A DNA stretch of 64,000 nucleotides from Ohtaekwangia sp. (GTDB lineage: Bacteria; Bacteroidota; Bacteroidia; Cytophagales; Cyclobacteriaceae), in NCBI GenBank assembly GCA_036503775.1, contig DASXWH010000188.1, positions 15,461 to 79,460 of the forward strand. Direction: 5' to 3'. Positions 48,505 to 58,534 of the stretch are shown piece after piece. The notes under the pieces were generated by a model. That model worked only from the letters and a program-made list of their open reading frames with translations, was not told the DNA's origin and made no database searches. How positions within the stretch are numbered: position 1 is the stretch's first letter; every line of letters begins with the position of its first letter. The position numbers were made by a program, and so were the translations under genes.

Positions 48505-49197
48505 TTGGTGAAGTATTTTCTGAGAATTTTGACGGGCATGGTGTTGGGGGTGGTGATTTCGTGCGATTCATCAGATGAACAACAGCCAGATACGGGTAAA
48601 GAGTACTTTCCCCTTCAGACCGGTCTCTTCCAGATTTATGATGTTGAACGAACCGAATACACACTAGGTGTACCTACGACAGAGATGTATCAATTGAAAA
48701 CTGCCGTGGTTGATTCTTTTCTAAATGTGGATGAAACCTACATCTATGTTATTCACCGAAGCTCCCGTATAAGTGAAGCGTCACCATGGAGTTATATAGA
48801 TACCTGGTCGGTGAGAGATGCTTCTGCTGAAGCTGTTGTTAATGTTGGAAACTTTCCGGTGGTGAGCCTGAAGTACCCCGTGAGTTCAGGGTTGAGCTGG
48901 AATGCAAATGTCTACAACACCAGGGATGAAGACGAATTTACTATTGAAAGCCTGAACCAGCAGTTGTCATTCGGAGGTACTGAATTTTCAGATTGTCTGA
49001 CTGTTGAGCAAAATAACAATGAGGACTTTATCGTGGCGTTGGATCAACGAAAAGAGATTTACGCCAGGGGTATAGGGTTGGTGTATAAAGATTCAACAGT
49101 TCTTTATTACTGCACTCAACCCGATTGTATTGGCCAGGAAATTGTAGAAGATGGTGTTATATACAAGCAATCTATCAAGACATATGGCATGGAATAA
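48505..49197 (+). CDS. Hypothetical lipoprotein
   Basis: Lipobox VVIS-C followed by acidic DSSDE; YFPLQTG, YARGIGLV. Confidence 0.7.
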   Translation: MVKYFLRILTGMVLGVVISCDSSDEQQPDTGKEYFPLQTGLFQIYDVERTEYTLGVPTTEMYQLKTAVVDSFLNVDETYIYVIHRSSRISEASPWSYIDTWSVRDASAEAVVNVGNFPVVSLKYPVSSGLSWNANVYNTRDEDEFTIESLNQQLSFGGTEFSDCLTVEQNNNEDFIVALDQRKEIYARGIGLVYKDSTVLYYCTQPDCIGQEIVEDGVIYKQSIKTYGME

Positions 49198-50800
49198 ACA
49201 CATATTCATGGTTGTGCTGTTTATGATGGCTATCTCTGCGTTGGCCCAGGAGAACCGATATGTAGTATTTTTTAAGGATAAAACTGGTTCTCCATACAGT
49301 ATTTCGAATCCGGCAGAATTCCTTTCACAGCGATCTGTCAACAGGAGAATTCAACAGGGCATTGCTGTCAATGAAAACGATCTTCCGGTAAATGAAAGTT
49401 ACGTAAACAACGTTCAGGGCACCGGAGCCGAAGTCTACTTCCGGTCCAGATGGATGAATGCCTTACTTATTCAATGTGATCAATCCCTCCTGGAAAGTAT
49501 TCAGAATTTATCCTGCGTTGAGCGTGTTGAATTTGTAGCTCCCGGATATAAACTGAGCAATGGCAGAAAAAGATCATCAGTAAAAAACAAGACTACGAAA
49601 GCCAGCGAGGTAACGGATGAGCAATTAGCCATGATCGGTCTGGACGTAATGCAAGCTGAAGGACTTAAAGGGGAAGGTGTATCCATTGGCATTTTCGATA
49701 GTGGATTTATGGGTGTAAATGTGACTGACCCGTTCTCACACGCACGTGATGAAGGCCATATTAACCTTGAACTTTCACACGATTTTGTATTCAATACCGA
49801 TAATGTATTTCAGTATGATGAACATGGTGGAGCTGTCTTCTCCATCATTGCAGCATACCAACCCGGAACGTTTACAGGCGGTGCGTATGAAGCCGATTAT
49901 CAGCTCTACGTCACGGAAGACGTTAGCTCAGAATATCGCATCGAAGAATATAACTGGGTTTTCGCAGCGGAGCGTGCTGACAGCGCAGGGGTAGACATCA
50001 TAAGTTCATCGCTTGGGTATTATAATTTTGACGATGCTTCAATGAATTACCCCAAATCTGCTATGGATGGAAAGACTACCGTTGTTAGTCGTGCAGCTCA
50101 ATGGGCAGCCGACAGGGGTATAATTGTGATTTGCAGTGCCGGTAACGAAGGCGCTAATTCCTGGCAGACGATAACGGCCCCTGCAGATGCCCGTGATGTT
50201 CTGGCAGTTGGTGGCGTAAATTCCGGACTTACCCGCGTCAACTCCAGTTCAAAAGGTCCCAGCGCAGATGGCAGGGTAAAACCAGACGTTATGGCCTTGG
50301 GACAAAGTACCAGTATAATTCTCCCCAGCGGAAATACCGGAGTCGCCACCGGGACTTCACTGGCTGCTCCGCTGGTAACAAGCCTGGCTGCTGGTCTGCG
50401 GCAAAAATTTCCGGAACTGACATCACTGGTTATTATTGAAGCTATCCGCAATTCAGCGTCTCAATCAACAAATCCGGATGCTTTTTTGGGTTATGGTATT
50501 CCAAACTTTTCGCGGGTGACAAAGTACATTGAGCAATTGGAGAAAAATACCTTTGAGGTGTATCCCAATCCGGTTGTAGCCGACTCGCTCATTATAAAAC
50601 CTTATGATCCGAACCAGGTCAGCTCATGTCAGATGGAGTTAGTAAACTCACAAGGGCAGATTATACAACAGAAGTCTCTTAGTTTTTCAACTGATGCGCG
50701 GCAATTTACTGTGGACATGATATCGTGTTCAGCCGGGTTATACTTTATCCGTCTTTGGTGGAACGGGAAGGTATTTGTGTATAAAATTGTCAAGGTATAG
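49184..50800 (+). CDS. S8 subtilisin-like serine peptidase with T9SS CTD
   Basis: Triad motifs IFDSGF, EHGGAV, GTSLAAP; SAGNEG; KPDVMALG; CTD EVYPNPV...AGLYFIRL...KIVKV; ATG at 49184. Confidence 0.9.
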   Translation: MAWNKHIFMVVLFMMAISALAQENRYVVFFKDKTGSPYSISNPAEFLSQRSVNRRIQQGIAVNENDLPVNESYVNNVQGTGAEVYFRSRWMNALLIQCDQSLLESIQNLSCVERVEFVAPGYKLSNGRKRSSVKNKTTKASEVTDEQLAMIGLDVMQAEGLKGEGVSIGIFDSGFMGVNVTDPFSHARDEGHINLELSHDFVFNTDNVFQYDEHGGAVFSIIAAYQPGTFTGGAYEADYQLYVTEDVSSEYRIEEYNWVFAAERADSAGVDIISSSLGYYNFDDASMNYPKSAMDGKTTVVSRAAQWAADRGIIVICSAGNEGANSWQTITAPADARDVLAVGGVNSGLTRVNSSSKGPSADGRVKPDVMALGQSTSIILPSGNTGVATGTSLAAPLVTSLAAGLRQKFPELTSLVIIEAIRNSASQSTNPDAFLGYGIPNFSRVTKYIEQLEKNTFEVYPNPVVADSLIIKPYDPNQVSSCQMELVNSQGQIIQQKSLSFSTDARQFTVDMISCSAGLYFIRLWWNGKVFVYKIVKV

Positions 50801-50873
50801 TATTTCATGGTCTTTCGGTTGCTCTAAGAATTCTCGGGTCTAATCCGTATTTTTAACCCGTATTTTTTACTCT

Positions 50874-51527
50874 ATGACAAGACCAATTGTAGCTCCTTCC
50901 ATACTGGCTTCCGACTTTGCCAATCTTCAACGTGAAATTACAATGCTCAATGAAAGCCAGGCCGACTGGATTCACGTAGATATCATGGATGGTGTATTCG
51001 TTCCCAATATTTCAATGGGCTTACCGGTAGTTGAAGCGGTAAACCGTCATGCACGCAAACCCCTTGATGTGCATCTGATGATCGTTCAACCGGAACGGTA
51101 TGTTGAAGCCTTTCGTAAGGCAGGGGCAGAGATCATCTCGGTCCATGTTGAAGCCTGCCCGCATTTGCACAGGAATCTTCAGCAGATTAAATCATTGGGA
51201 GCAAAGGCTGGAGTCGCTATTAATCCTCATACTTCACTGTCAGATCTGGAAAATGTAATTACCGATATTGATCTGGTTTGCGTCATGTCAGTTAACCCGG
51301 GATTCGGAGCACAGAAGTTCATAGAGAATACCTATCAGAAGGTAAAGTCGCTTAAAAAAATGATCAGTGATTCAGGCTCAAAAGCCCTTATAGAAATTGA
51401 CGGTGGAGTAAATCAGCAAAACGCCAAAGCCTTACTTGATGCGGGTGCAGATGTACTGGTGGCGGGTAACTTTGTTTTTACCGCCCCTGATCCCATACAG
51501 GTGATCGCTCAGCTTAAGAAAGCTTAA
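50874..51527 (+). CDS. rpe: Ribulose-phosphate 3-epimerase
   Basis: VAPSILASDF, HVDIMDGVFVPN, LDVHLMI, MSVNPGFGAQ, IEIDGG. Confidence 0.97.
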   Translation: MTRPIVAPSILASDFANLQREITMLNESQADWIHVDIMDGVFVPNISMGLPVVEAVNRHARKPLDVHLMIVQPERYVEAFRKAGAEIISVHVEACPHLHRNLQQIKSLGAKAGVAINPHTSLSDLENVITDIDLVCVMSVNPGFGAQKFIENTYQKVKSLKKMISDSGSKALIEIDGGVNQQNAKALLDAGADVLVAGNFVFTAPDPIQVIAQLKKA

Positions 51528-51609
51528 AAGCAACTTACTCCGAAACCTCAAACCGTATGTTGTCGTATCTTCGGCAAGGTTTTTGACCTTTTACGTTAAA
51601 CGAGCAGTT

Positions 51610-52188
51610 ATGCAAAAGACCCTACCGCTTATCATCAGTTTATTAATGCTGTCTGTTTCCTGTGCCCGGACAGTGACCCGTGTTGAACCTACTACTCAAA
51701 TTGATTTAAGTGGCCGTTGGAATGACACCGATTCACGCATGGTAGCCGACAAGATGATTTTTGATCTTTTCGATTCGGAATCATTTAAGAGTTACGCCAA
51801 TAAACTGGGACGCAAACCTGTAATTATCGTAGGGCTTATCAAAAACAAAACTTCCGAACATATTGATGCCAATAACTATGTAAAGAAATTTGAAGTAGTG
51901 ATTCACAATTCAGGAATAGCTGAGTTGGTAGAGTCTGAGGAGTTCCGCGACAAACTTCGTCTGGAGCGTGCAGATCAGCAGGACTTCGCATCCGCATCGA
52001 CAGCAGCCAAGTGGGGAGAGGAGACCGGTGCTGATGTGATGTTGTTTGGTGAAATGACTTCTGAGACGGATACCTACAACAAGAAACGCGTAGTTAATTA
52101 CATCACTACTTTATTCCTGACTGATCTCGAATCGAACAAGCGTATCTGGTACGGGCAAAATGAGATCAAGAAGCTGGTGAAGAATTGA
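51610..52188 (+). CDS. LpoB-like (CsgG-fold) lipoprotein
   Basis: ATG at 51610; lipobox SVS-C; DLSGRWNDTD, IKNKTSEHID, GADVMLFG. Confidence 0.75.
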   Translation: MQKTLPLIISLLMLSVSCARTVTRVEPTTQIDLSGRWNDTDSRMVADKMIFDLFDSESFKSYANKLGRKPVIIVGLIKNKTSEHIDANNYVKKFEVVIHNSGIAELVESEEFRDKLRLERADQQDFASASTAAKWGEETGADVMLFGEMTSETDTYNKKRVVNYITTLFLTDLESNKRIWYGQNEIKKLVKN

Positions 52189-52210
52189 CCTCACGATTCT
52201 ATCAACACGC

Positions 52211-53665
52211 ATGAACATCAAAAGGTTAATATCAGGTTGGCGGATAAATTCTTCAGCATTAGCCGGAAGCTTAAAGTCTGTTATATATTTTCTATCGGTA
52301 TTCATTCTCTTGATTTTTGCGGGGTGTGCGAGTTACTATCAGAAGAACGTGGATTTCAATAAGGAATTTGAAACCGGTGATCTGAAACAAGCCCTTGAAA
52401 CGCTCAAAAAGAATAACAATGAAGCGCATGGAAGAAGCCGCTTCCTGTATTTCGCTAATAATGGATTACTTCTTTCCATACTTGGCAAGTATACCGAAAG
52501 TAATGAAGCCTTTGAAAAAGCCTTTCTCTTTGGTGAAGATTATCGTATAAATTATTTACAGGAAGCTGCGTCATACCTGACAAACCCCAACATGACCATG
52601 TATCGTGGCGAAGACCATGAACACCTGATGGTACTTTACTTCAAAGCCATCAATTTTCTGAAGATGAACAAACCGGATGATGCGTTGGTGGAATGCAGGA
52701 GGCTTAACATTCGTCTTAATCAGTTAAGCGATAAGTATGCCTCTGAAGAAAAATTTCAGCGTGATGCCTTTGTTCATACACTCATGGGAATCATCTACCA
52801 GTCGGTTAAAGATTATAACAACGCATTCATTGCTTACCGGAATGCCTATGAAGTGTATGAGGGGCCCTATACAACCATGTTCGGTATGCAAGTACCTGAG
52901 CAGCTTAAACTGGATCTTCTCAATACAGCCTATTGGACGGGGTTTAAGGATGAATTTGAGCGCTACAAAGAGAAATTTCAATTGATGGAATATCAACCCA
53001 CAGCTCCGGATGCTGATTTGATTTTCTTCTGGCATAACGGTCTTGGTCCCATTAAAGATGAGTGGAGTATAAATTTTGCCATTGACCATAAAGCAGATAA
53101 CGTGGTGGTGTTCAACAACCCCGGCATTCCGGTTGTTTTCCCGTTTACACTGGATGATGACAAAGAAAAGTCTGATCTGGCAAGCCTGGAAGTTTTTCGC
53201 GTTGCCTTTCCCCGGTATGTAGAGCGACCGGTTTACTTTCAGTCAGGAAATATTCAGCTGGGCGATAGCACGTATGCACTTGAATTAGCCGAAGATGTTA
53301 ACAAGGTAGCCTTCAAAAGTTTGCAGCAACGTATGCTGGAAGAGTTCAGTAAAGGACTATTGAGGGCTGCACTAAAAAAAGCGGCAGAACACAGTATCCG
53401 TAAGGATGATGAAATGCTGGGAGCGTTGATTGGGGCAGTGAATGCCATGACTGAAAAAGCTGATACACGAAACTGGCAAACCCTTCCGCACAGCATCTAT
53501 TATGCCCGCATTCCTCTTAAAGAAGGTACAAATTCTATAACCTTTAATCTCAATTCAGCTGTACCGACTCCAACCAAATACGATTTTACCTACCAGGCAC
53601 TGAAGGGCCAGACACTTTTTCATACCTTCTCATCGTTAGAGAGTACATACCCACGGTATTATTAA
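52211..53665 (+). CDS. COG3014-like TPR lipoprotein
   Basis: IFAG-C lipobox-like site; YRGEDHE, NFL.M...DDALVECRR, EKADTRNWQTLP; true start may be downstream of 52211. Confidence 0.72.
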   Translation: MNIKRLISGWRINSSALAGSLKSVIYFLSVFILLIFAGCASYYQKNVDFNKEFETGDLKQALETLKKNNNEAHGRSRFLYFANNGLLLSILGKYTESNEAFEKAFLFGEDYRINYLQEAASYLTNPNMTMYRGEDHEHLMVLYFKAINFLKMNKPDDALVECRRLNIRLNQLSDKYASEEKFQRDAFVHTLMGIIYQSVKDYNNAFIAYRNAYEVYEGPYTTMFGMQVPEQLKLDLLNTAYWTGFKDEFERYKEKFQLMEYQPTAPDADLIFFWHNGLGPIKDEWSINFAIDHKADNVVVFNNPGIPVVFPFTLDDDKEKSDLASLEVFRVAFPRYVERPVYFQSGNIQLGDSTYALELAEDVNKVAFKSLQQRMLEEFSKGLLRAALKKAAEHSIRKDDEMLGALIGAVNAMTEKADTRNWQTLPHSIYYARIPLKEGTNSITFNLNSAVPTPTKYDFTYQALKGQTLFHTFSSLESTYPRYY

Positions 53666-53695
53666 TCAAATGACAACACAGTATCATCGATTCAA

Positions 53696-54838
53696 TTGAA
53701 GTTGCCTAATAGGATGATTGCTGAATTTGATTTACCTTTAACCTTCAATAGCCAGACTATTAATGGCTTACATTTTTTAAGGTTTGACTTTAACCCCATT
53801 TTTCTGAAGCGTTACGCTGCAATACTCACCCTGACCTCATTTTTTCTGGTGATTGCTCCAGAGGTGTTTGCACAATATGAAAATGAAAAAGAGGCTTCCA
53901 TTCCGCTGGAACATTTTTATGTTAAACGCCAGGGGGTAGGCACGCTCCGGAAGATCCTGAGCAAGATCACATTCGGACTTAGTACGGGTTATGGACGGAC
54001 TACCTTCAAGCATGATCTGGATGGACTCGGAATTCTGCAGAACCCTGATTCAATGCCGAAGTTATTTCAACCTGGCAATGTCGCTGCCGGCTATTCGAAT
54101 TGGTTTAATAAGGCAGAAGCATCAGGTAATACAGTACAACCTGGTGCTTTTCTGGTCGATTCAGATACAACAGAGATTGGATTTAAAAGTAAGTCGTTCA
54201 ATATCCCGTTAAAGGCTACGATGCATGTGGAGTTTGACCGGTATCGGATTGGCTTAGGGTATTCTTTTGAGTATACCCACTTAGGCGCTTTTGAAGCTAC
54301 GCGTTATGGTGATCAGATAAACAATTTCTCCCCCGACTTTAACAGTTTTTTTTTAAAGAAGTACTTTCTCATGTTAGGAGGAGCGGTGTATCGTTATGAG
54401 GATTACCTTCTGGTGGTGGATGCCAATATCGGTGGCTATAGCCTGGGTAAGAATTTTGACAAGAGTGTTATTAAAAAAGGTGCATACTTTAATCTCGGTG
54501 TTGCTGTTGAACGGGAGATGTCAGAATATTTCAAAATTTTCGTTCGGCCATCCTACGAAATAAAGAGCTATAAATTGACGATACCCGAATCAGGGCCAAC
54601 GATTACGCACAAGTTCAATGCTTTTTATTTTAACATCGGTGTTACCTATCGTTTTCCTGAACTTCGTAAATGTTTCTTAAAAACGTGCAAGGCACAAATG
54701 AATCATGCTCATGGCAATCGTGAATACAGAAGCCGCGTTCATCCGATTTACAAAAAGCAAAATCCGCATTACGGAGAAAATCATCCTACCCTGATAAAGT
54801 ATAGGGGGAAAAACAAAAAGAAGCTTAATCCTTATTAA
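53696..54838 (+). CDS. Hypothetical outer-membrane-type protein with Cys/His, Lys-rich C-terminal tail
   Basis: Signal-like segment ending VFAQ; alternating strands ending FNIGVTYRFP; tail CFLKTCKAQMNHAH; start codon uncertain. Confidence 0.6.
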   Translation: MKLPNRMIAEFDLPLTFNSQTINGLHFLRFDFNPIFLKRYAAILTLTSFFLVIAPEVFAQYENEKEASIPLEHFYVKRQGVGTLRKILSKITFGLSTGYGRTTFKHDLDGLGILQNPDSMPKLFQPGNVAAGYSNWFNKAEASGNTVQPGAFLVDSDTTEIGFKSKSFNIPLKATMHVEFDRYRIGLGYSFEYTHLGAFEATRYGDQINNFSPDFNSFFLKKYFLMLGGAVYRYEDYLLVVDANIGGYSLGKNFDKSVIKKGAYFNLGVAVEREMSEYFKIFVRPSYEIKSYKLTIPESGPTITHKFNAFYFNIGVTYRFPELRKCFLKTCKAQMNHAHGNREYRSRVHPIYKKQNPHYGENHPTLIKYRGKNKKKLNPY

Positions 54839-57800
54839 TGCAATTTCAGCTTCACCGTAAAGATGGTGAACTGTCCCAACTCTGACTGGATTGAAATCTC
54901 ACCTTCAAGTTTTTCGACTGTCTCCTTTACGATATAAAGCCCGAGTCCCGATCCCTTCGATTGATCAGTTGCACGATAGAACATATTGAATACTTTATCC
55001 TGATTTTCCCTGCTGATCCCGATGCCGTTATCTTTTACTTCAATGATCGCATATCCGTTCGTTTGTGAAAATCCGATTTCTACGTACGAATGGTTCCCTT
55101 GTTCATTCCGATACTTGAATGAATTTGAAATCAGGTTAGTAAGTATGATTTTGACACGCAAGTAGTCTGACTTCAAAATATCGTCATTCCCGAATTTTTT
55201 AATGATGCTGATCTCCTCAGCGTGGAAGGGATATTTTAATTCATCCAGAACCTCATCCACGAGTTCACCGAACTTAAATTCCTGGTGCATGATTTTGTGC
55301 CCCATGTTCCGGGAGAACTGGGTAAGGCTTTTAATAACGCCCTCCAGCTTCATTACACTTTTTTGCATGTGATCGAGATGAAACTGAAGTTCGTTGCTTT
55401 TATTTTCAATCTTGGTCAGTTGTATCAGACCTAGTATCGATTTCAACGGTGCACTCAGATCGTGTGATGCGCTGTATACAAATCGATCAAGCTCCTGGTT
55501 GGCTTTTACCAGCTTGGTGGTACGTTCCTGAACCCGTTCGTCCAGTTCATTATTGGTTTTTACCAACTCTTCATGTGTTTGCTTTAGTTTGTTATTAACA
55601 AGCTCCACGTGGTTCTTCTGCACAAACAAATCTTCCATCGTTGAAGTTAATTCTTCATTCGTGGTCTCAATTTCATCCTGTTTTTGCTGAAGTTCTTTTA
55701 CCAGTTCTTTGAGTTGTGCAGTTCGTTCATTTACCTTGGTTTCCAGTTCGGTATTCTTTTTTCGGAGTCTTGTTATCCGGAGATAAACCACCAGGTATAT
55801 TCCCACAAGTATAACGATAGCAATAATGGCCTTGAACCACCACGTTTTCCAGTAGGGAGGTGTAATCACGATGCGGATGATCCGTCCTTCTTCATTCCAT
55901 ACACCATCGTTGTTTGAAGCTTTCACATGAAAAAAGTATTCTCCCGGATCCAGATTGGTATACGTAGCCGAATGCTGGTTGCCAACATAGTTCCAGTCTT
56001 TTTCCAGACCTTCAAGCCGGTAAGCATACTGATTCTTTTCCGCATGGGTAAAATTGATGGCGATAAAGTCGAGTGTAAATACAGAATGTTCGTGAGACAG
56101 CGTGATCGCATCAAGTTCCATAATATGCCTGGGGAGCACAGAATCAGTATCATTACTTGATATCGGCTTATTAAAAATTTTGAGTCCGGTAAGGTAGATC
56201 TTCGGGGCAAATGGATTGTTCTGGACACTATCGGGAATAAAACTGTTATAACCATTCGATCCGCCAAAGAGAAGTTCACCTTTGCGGGTCTTATAAACAC
56301 TGTATCGGGAGAACTCCCCGCGTTGCAGACCATCTTTGCTATCGTAATTGCTTATGGCGATTCCGGCAAGCGGATCGAATTTCGTTATGCCTTTTACCGT
56401 GCCGAGCCAGAGGTGACCATGATTATCTTCAGCGATAGATTTAACATGATCGGTAGGTAGCCCATGCCGGCTCGTGTATGTTTTAAATGTTCCGCTCTCC
56501 GGAATATACCGGGATAATCCTCCACCTGTTGCCAGCCATATATTTTTCCGGCTGTCTTCAAATATGTGATTAACAAGTTTAGCAGGAAGACTGGCCGAAT
56601 CCTGGGGATCCGGTAAAAAGCGTTGGAATATACCTTGTTGAATTTCTGCGCGCTTCAGCAAATTAAGGCCGCTGTCTTCAGTCCCGAACCAGATATTGCC
56701 TTCCGTATCTTCTAAAATAACGGGTACAATGTTGTTGCTAAGACTTTGCGCATTATTGGGCTCATTGCGATAGGTTCTCAGGGTTTTAGTCTTCCAGTTA
56801 AAGAGGCTGACACCACCATCATACGTGCAGATCCAAAGGTTTCCCTCCTTGTCTTTTACAATGTTGAATACACTTCGAAGATTCGCATTATCAGGTTCAA
56901 AACTGGTAAATGTTTTTTTCTTACGATCCAGGAGGTTGATACCTCCCTGCCAGGTACCGATCCAAAGGAGGCCATCGTTGTCTTCACAGATGGCCAATAC
57001 GGAATTGGATCGGATGGTTTTCTGATTTGCAGGATCATGTTGGAATACACTAAACTTTTCACTTTCACGATCCAGAAAATTCAATCCTCCGCCATCGGTT
57101 GCCAGCCAGAGGTTTCCATCACGGTCTTCGAAGAATGCCCTTACGATATTGTTGGTCAATCCTCCGGTAGACTTTTGATGGAGATTAAACTTCAGAAGGT
57201 ACTTATCCCAAACGTCAATGCCATCGAGAGAACTGCCAAGCCACAATCGCCCTTGTGTATCTTCTGAAGCGCACCAATAGGAGGTGCTGTACACACCAAA
57301 ACGATTCAGCGGATCGGGTTTGAACCGTATGAAATTATCGATGCCAGGATCATATAAATTCATCCCTCCATTTTCATTACACGACCAAAGGCGGTTGGAT
57401 TTATCAACATATAAGGCTTTGATGAAATCGTTGGCTAACGTTGCAGGATTGTTTTTATCGTAGCGATAATGTTTGAATATCATCTTCTGATCCTGTTCCA
57501 CTAAACGGTCAACGCCAAAAAAGCTCAGACCTATCCAGAGGACATTATCCTTATCAATCACAATGGACGAAACGTCACGATCCGCAAGGCTCTCCGGATC
57601 GTTTGGATCAGGTCTGTAGTGCGAAGCTTTGTGATTGGTAACATCCAGTTTGATCAGACCATTTTCAACAGTGCCAACCCAGAGTACATTGTTTCGTCCT
57701 TTGCAAAGCGCTGAGAGGTGAGTGGTTTTGATCAGGTCATCTCCTTTTTTCGAGAATGGCACAAACGTTTGCTGGTTTTCATCAAAATAAAACAAGCCGT

Positions 57801-58290
57801 TGCGCTGACTGGCTACCCATATTCTGCCATTGTCGTCTTCAACAATTTCTCGGATGCGATTTGTATTCGGATCGAGTGGATTGGTTAAATCACTTTCTGT
57901 TTTATAGCGAATAAAGTTATTCTGATCCCGGTTGAAACGGCATATACCATCATAGGTACCGATCCATAAATTCCCTTTCGTGTCTTCTAAAATTGTCTCT
58001 ATCCGGTTCTCTTGTATAGAGGCAGTATCATTGGAAGTAAAGTAGACCTCAAAATCTTCACCGTCATAACGGTGTAATCCGCTGAGCGTTCCGATCCATA
58101 AATACCCGTAGCGGTCTTCGCAGATAGAGAATACCTGGTTGTTGTTAAGTTCCTTGTTGAGATGCTGGAATTTAAAGGTGGCGGGGTTAATCTGCGCACT
58201 TAGATAGCCTGGTAAAAGCGTAAGACAAAGTGTGATTAAAAATCCGATTTCGGCTATTCGTTTTATTGCCATGGTGGCCTTTAGATTCAT
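54835..58290 (-). CDS. Membrane sensor histidine kinase with periplasmic beta-propeller (Reg_prop) and Y_Y_Y domains
   Basis: Repeated D..G.LWIGT..GG.. blades; YAYRLEGLEKDW...ATYTNLDPGEYFFHVKASN; PPYWKTWWF TM; FVYSASHDLSAPL; DNGIGI, GSGLGL; start 58290 or 58272. Confidence 0.9.
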   Translation of the reverse strand: MNLKATMAIKRIAEIGFLITLCLTLLPGYLSAQINPATFKFQHLNKELNNNQVFSICEDRYGYLWIGTLSGLHRYDGEDFEVYFTSNDTASIQENRIETILEDTKGNLWIGTYDGICRFNRDQNNFIRYKTESDLTNPLDPNTNRIREIVEDDNGRIWVASQRNGLFYFDENQQTFVPFSKKGDDLIKTTHLSALCKGRNNVLWVGTVENGLIKLDVTNHKASHYRPDPNDPESLADRDVSSIVIDKDNVLWIGLSFFGVDRLVEQDQKMIFKHYRYDKNNPATLANDFIKALYVDKSNRLWSCNENGGMNLYDPGIDNFIRFKPDPLNRFGVYSTSYWCASEDTQGRLWLGSSLDGIDVWDKYLLKFNLHQKSTGGLTNNIVRAFFEDRDGNLWLATDGGGLNFLDRESEKFSVFQHDPANQKTIRSNSVLAICEDNDGLLWIGTWQGGINLLDRKKKTFTSFEPDNANLRSVFNIVKDKEGNLWICTYDGGVSLFNWKTKTLRTYRNEPNNAQSLSNNIVPVILEDTEGNIWFGTEDSGLNLLKRAEIQQGIFQRFLPDPQDSASLPAKLVNHIFEDSRKNIWLATGGGLSRYIPESGTFKTYTSRHGLPTDHVKSIAEDNHGHLWLGTVKGITKFDPLAGIAISNYDSKDGLQRGEFSRYSVYKTRKGELLFGGSNGYNSFIPDSVQNNPFAPKIYLTGLKIFNKPISSNDTDSVLPRHIMELDAITLSHEHSVFTLDFIAINFTHAEKNQYAYRLEGLEKDWNYVGNQHSATYTNLDPGEYFFHVKASNNDGVWNEEGRIIRIVITPPYWKTWWFKAIIAIVILVGIYLVVYLRITRLRKKNTELETKVNERTAQLKELVKELQQKQDEIETTNEELTSTMEDLFVQKNHVELVNNKLKQTHEELVKTNNELDERVQERTTKLVKANQELDRFVYSASHDLSAPLKSILGLIQLTKIENKSNELQFHLDHMQKSVMKLEGVIKSLTQFSRNMGHKIMHQEFKFGELVDEVLDELKYPFHAEEISIIKKFGNDDILKSDYLRVKIILTNLISNSFKYRNEQGNHSYVEIGFSQTNGYAIIEVKDNGIGISRENQDKVFNMFYRATDQSKGSGLGLYIVKETVEKLEGEISIQSELGQFTIFTVKLKLH

Positions 58291-58534
58291 GTATTTTAAT
58301 ATACGGTGATTAAGGGTTGGATACAAAAACGATTCCCTTGAATTCTTTGGGTGGAGCGATTATGTATCTCATTTTTCAGTCAGTTTCCGGTGCTAAAATA
58401 TTTCATTTTTCCATTGGTCAAATGACTTGAAATTCGGGTTGGAAACTATTTCAATACAGCTTCTTCCATTGACGTTTTTTACTATCTTGCGAGGCTTTAA
58501 AAGTGCTTTTATAAGCGTAAAAATTGAATTCTAA

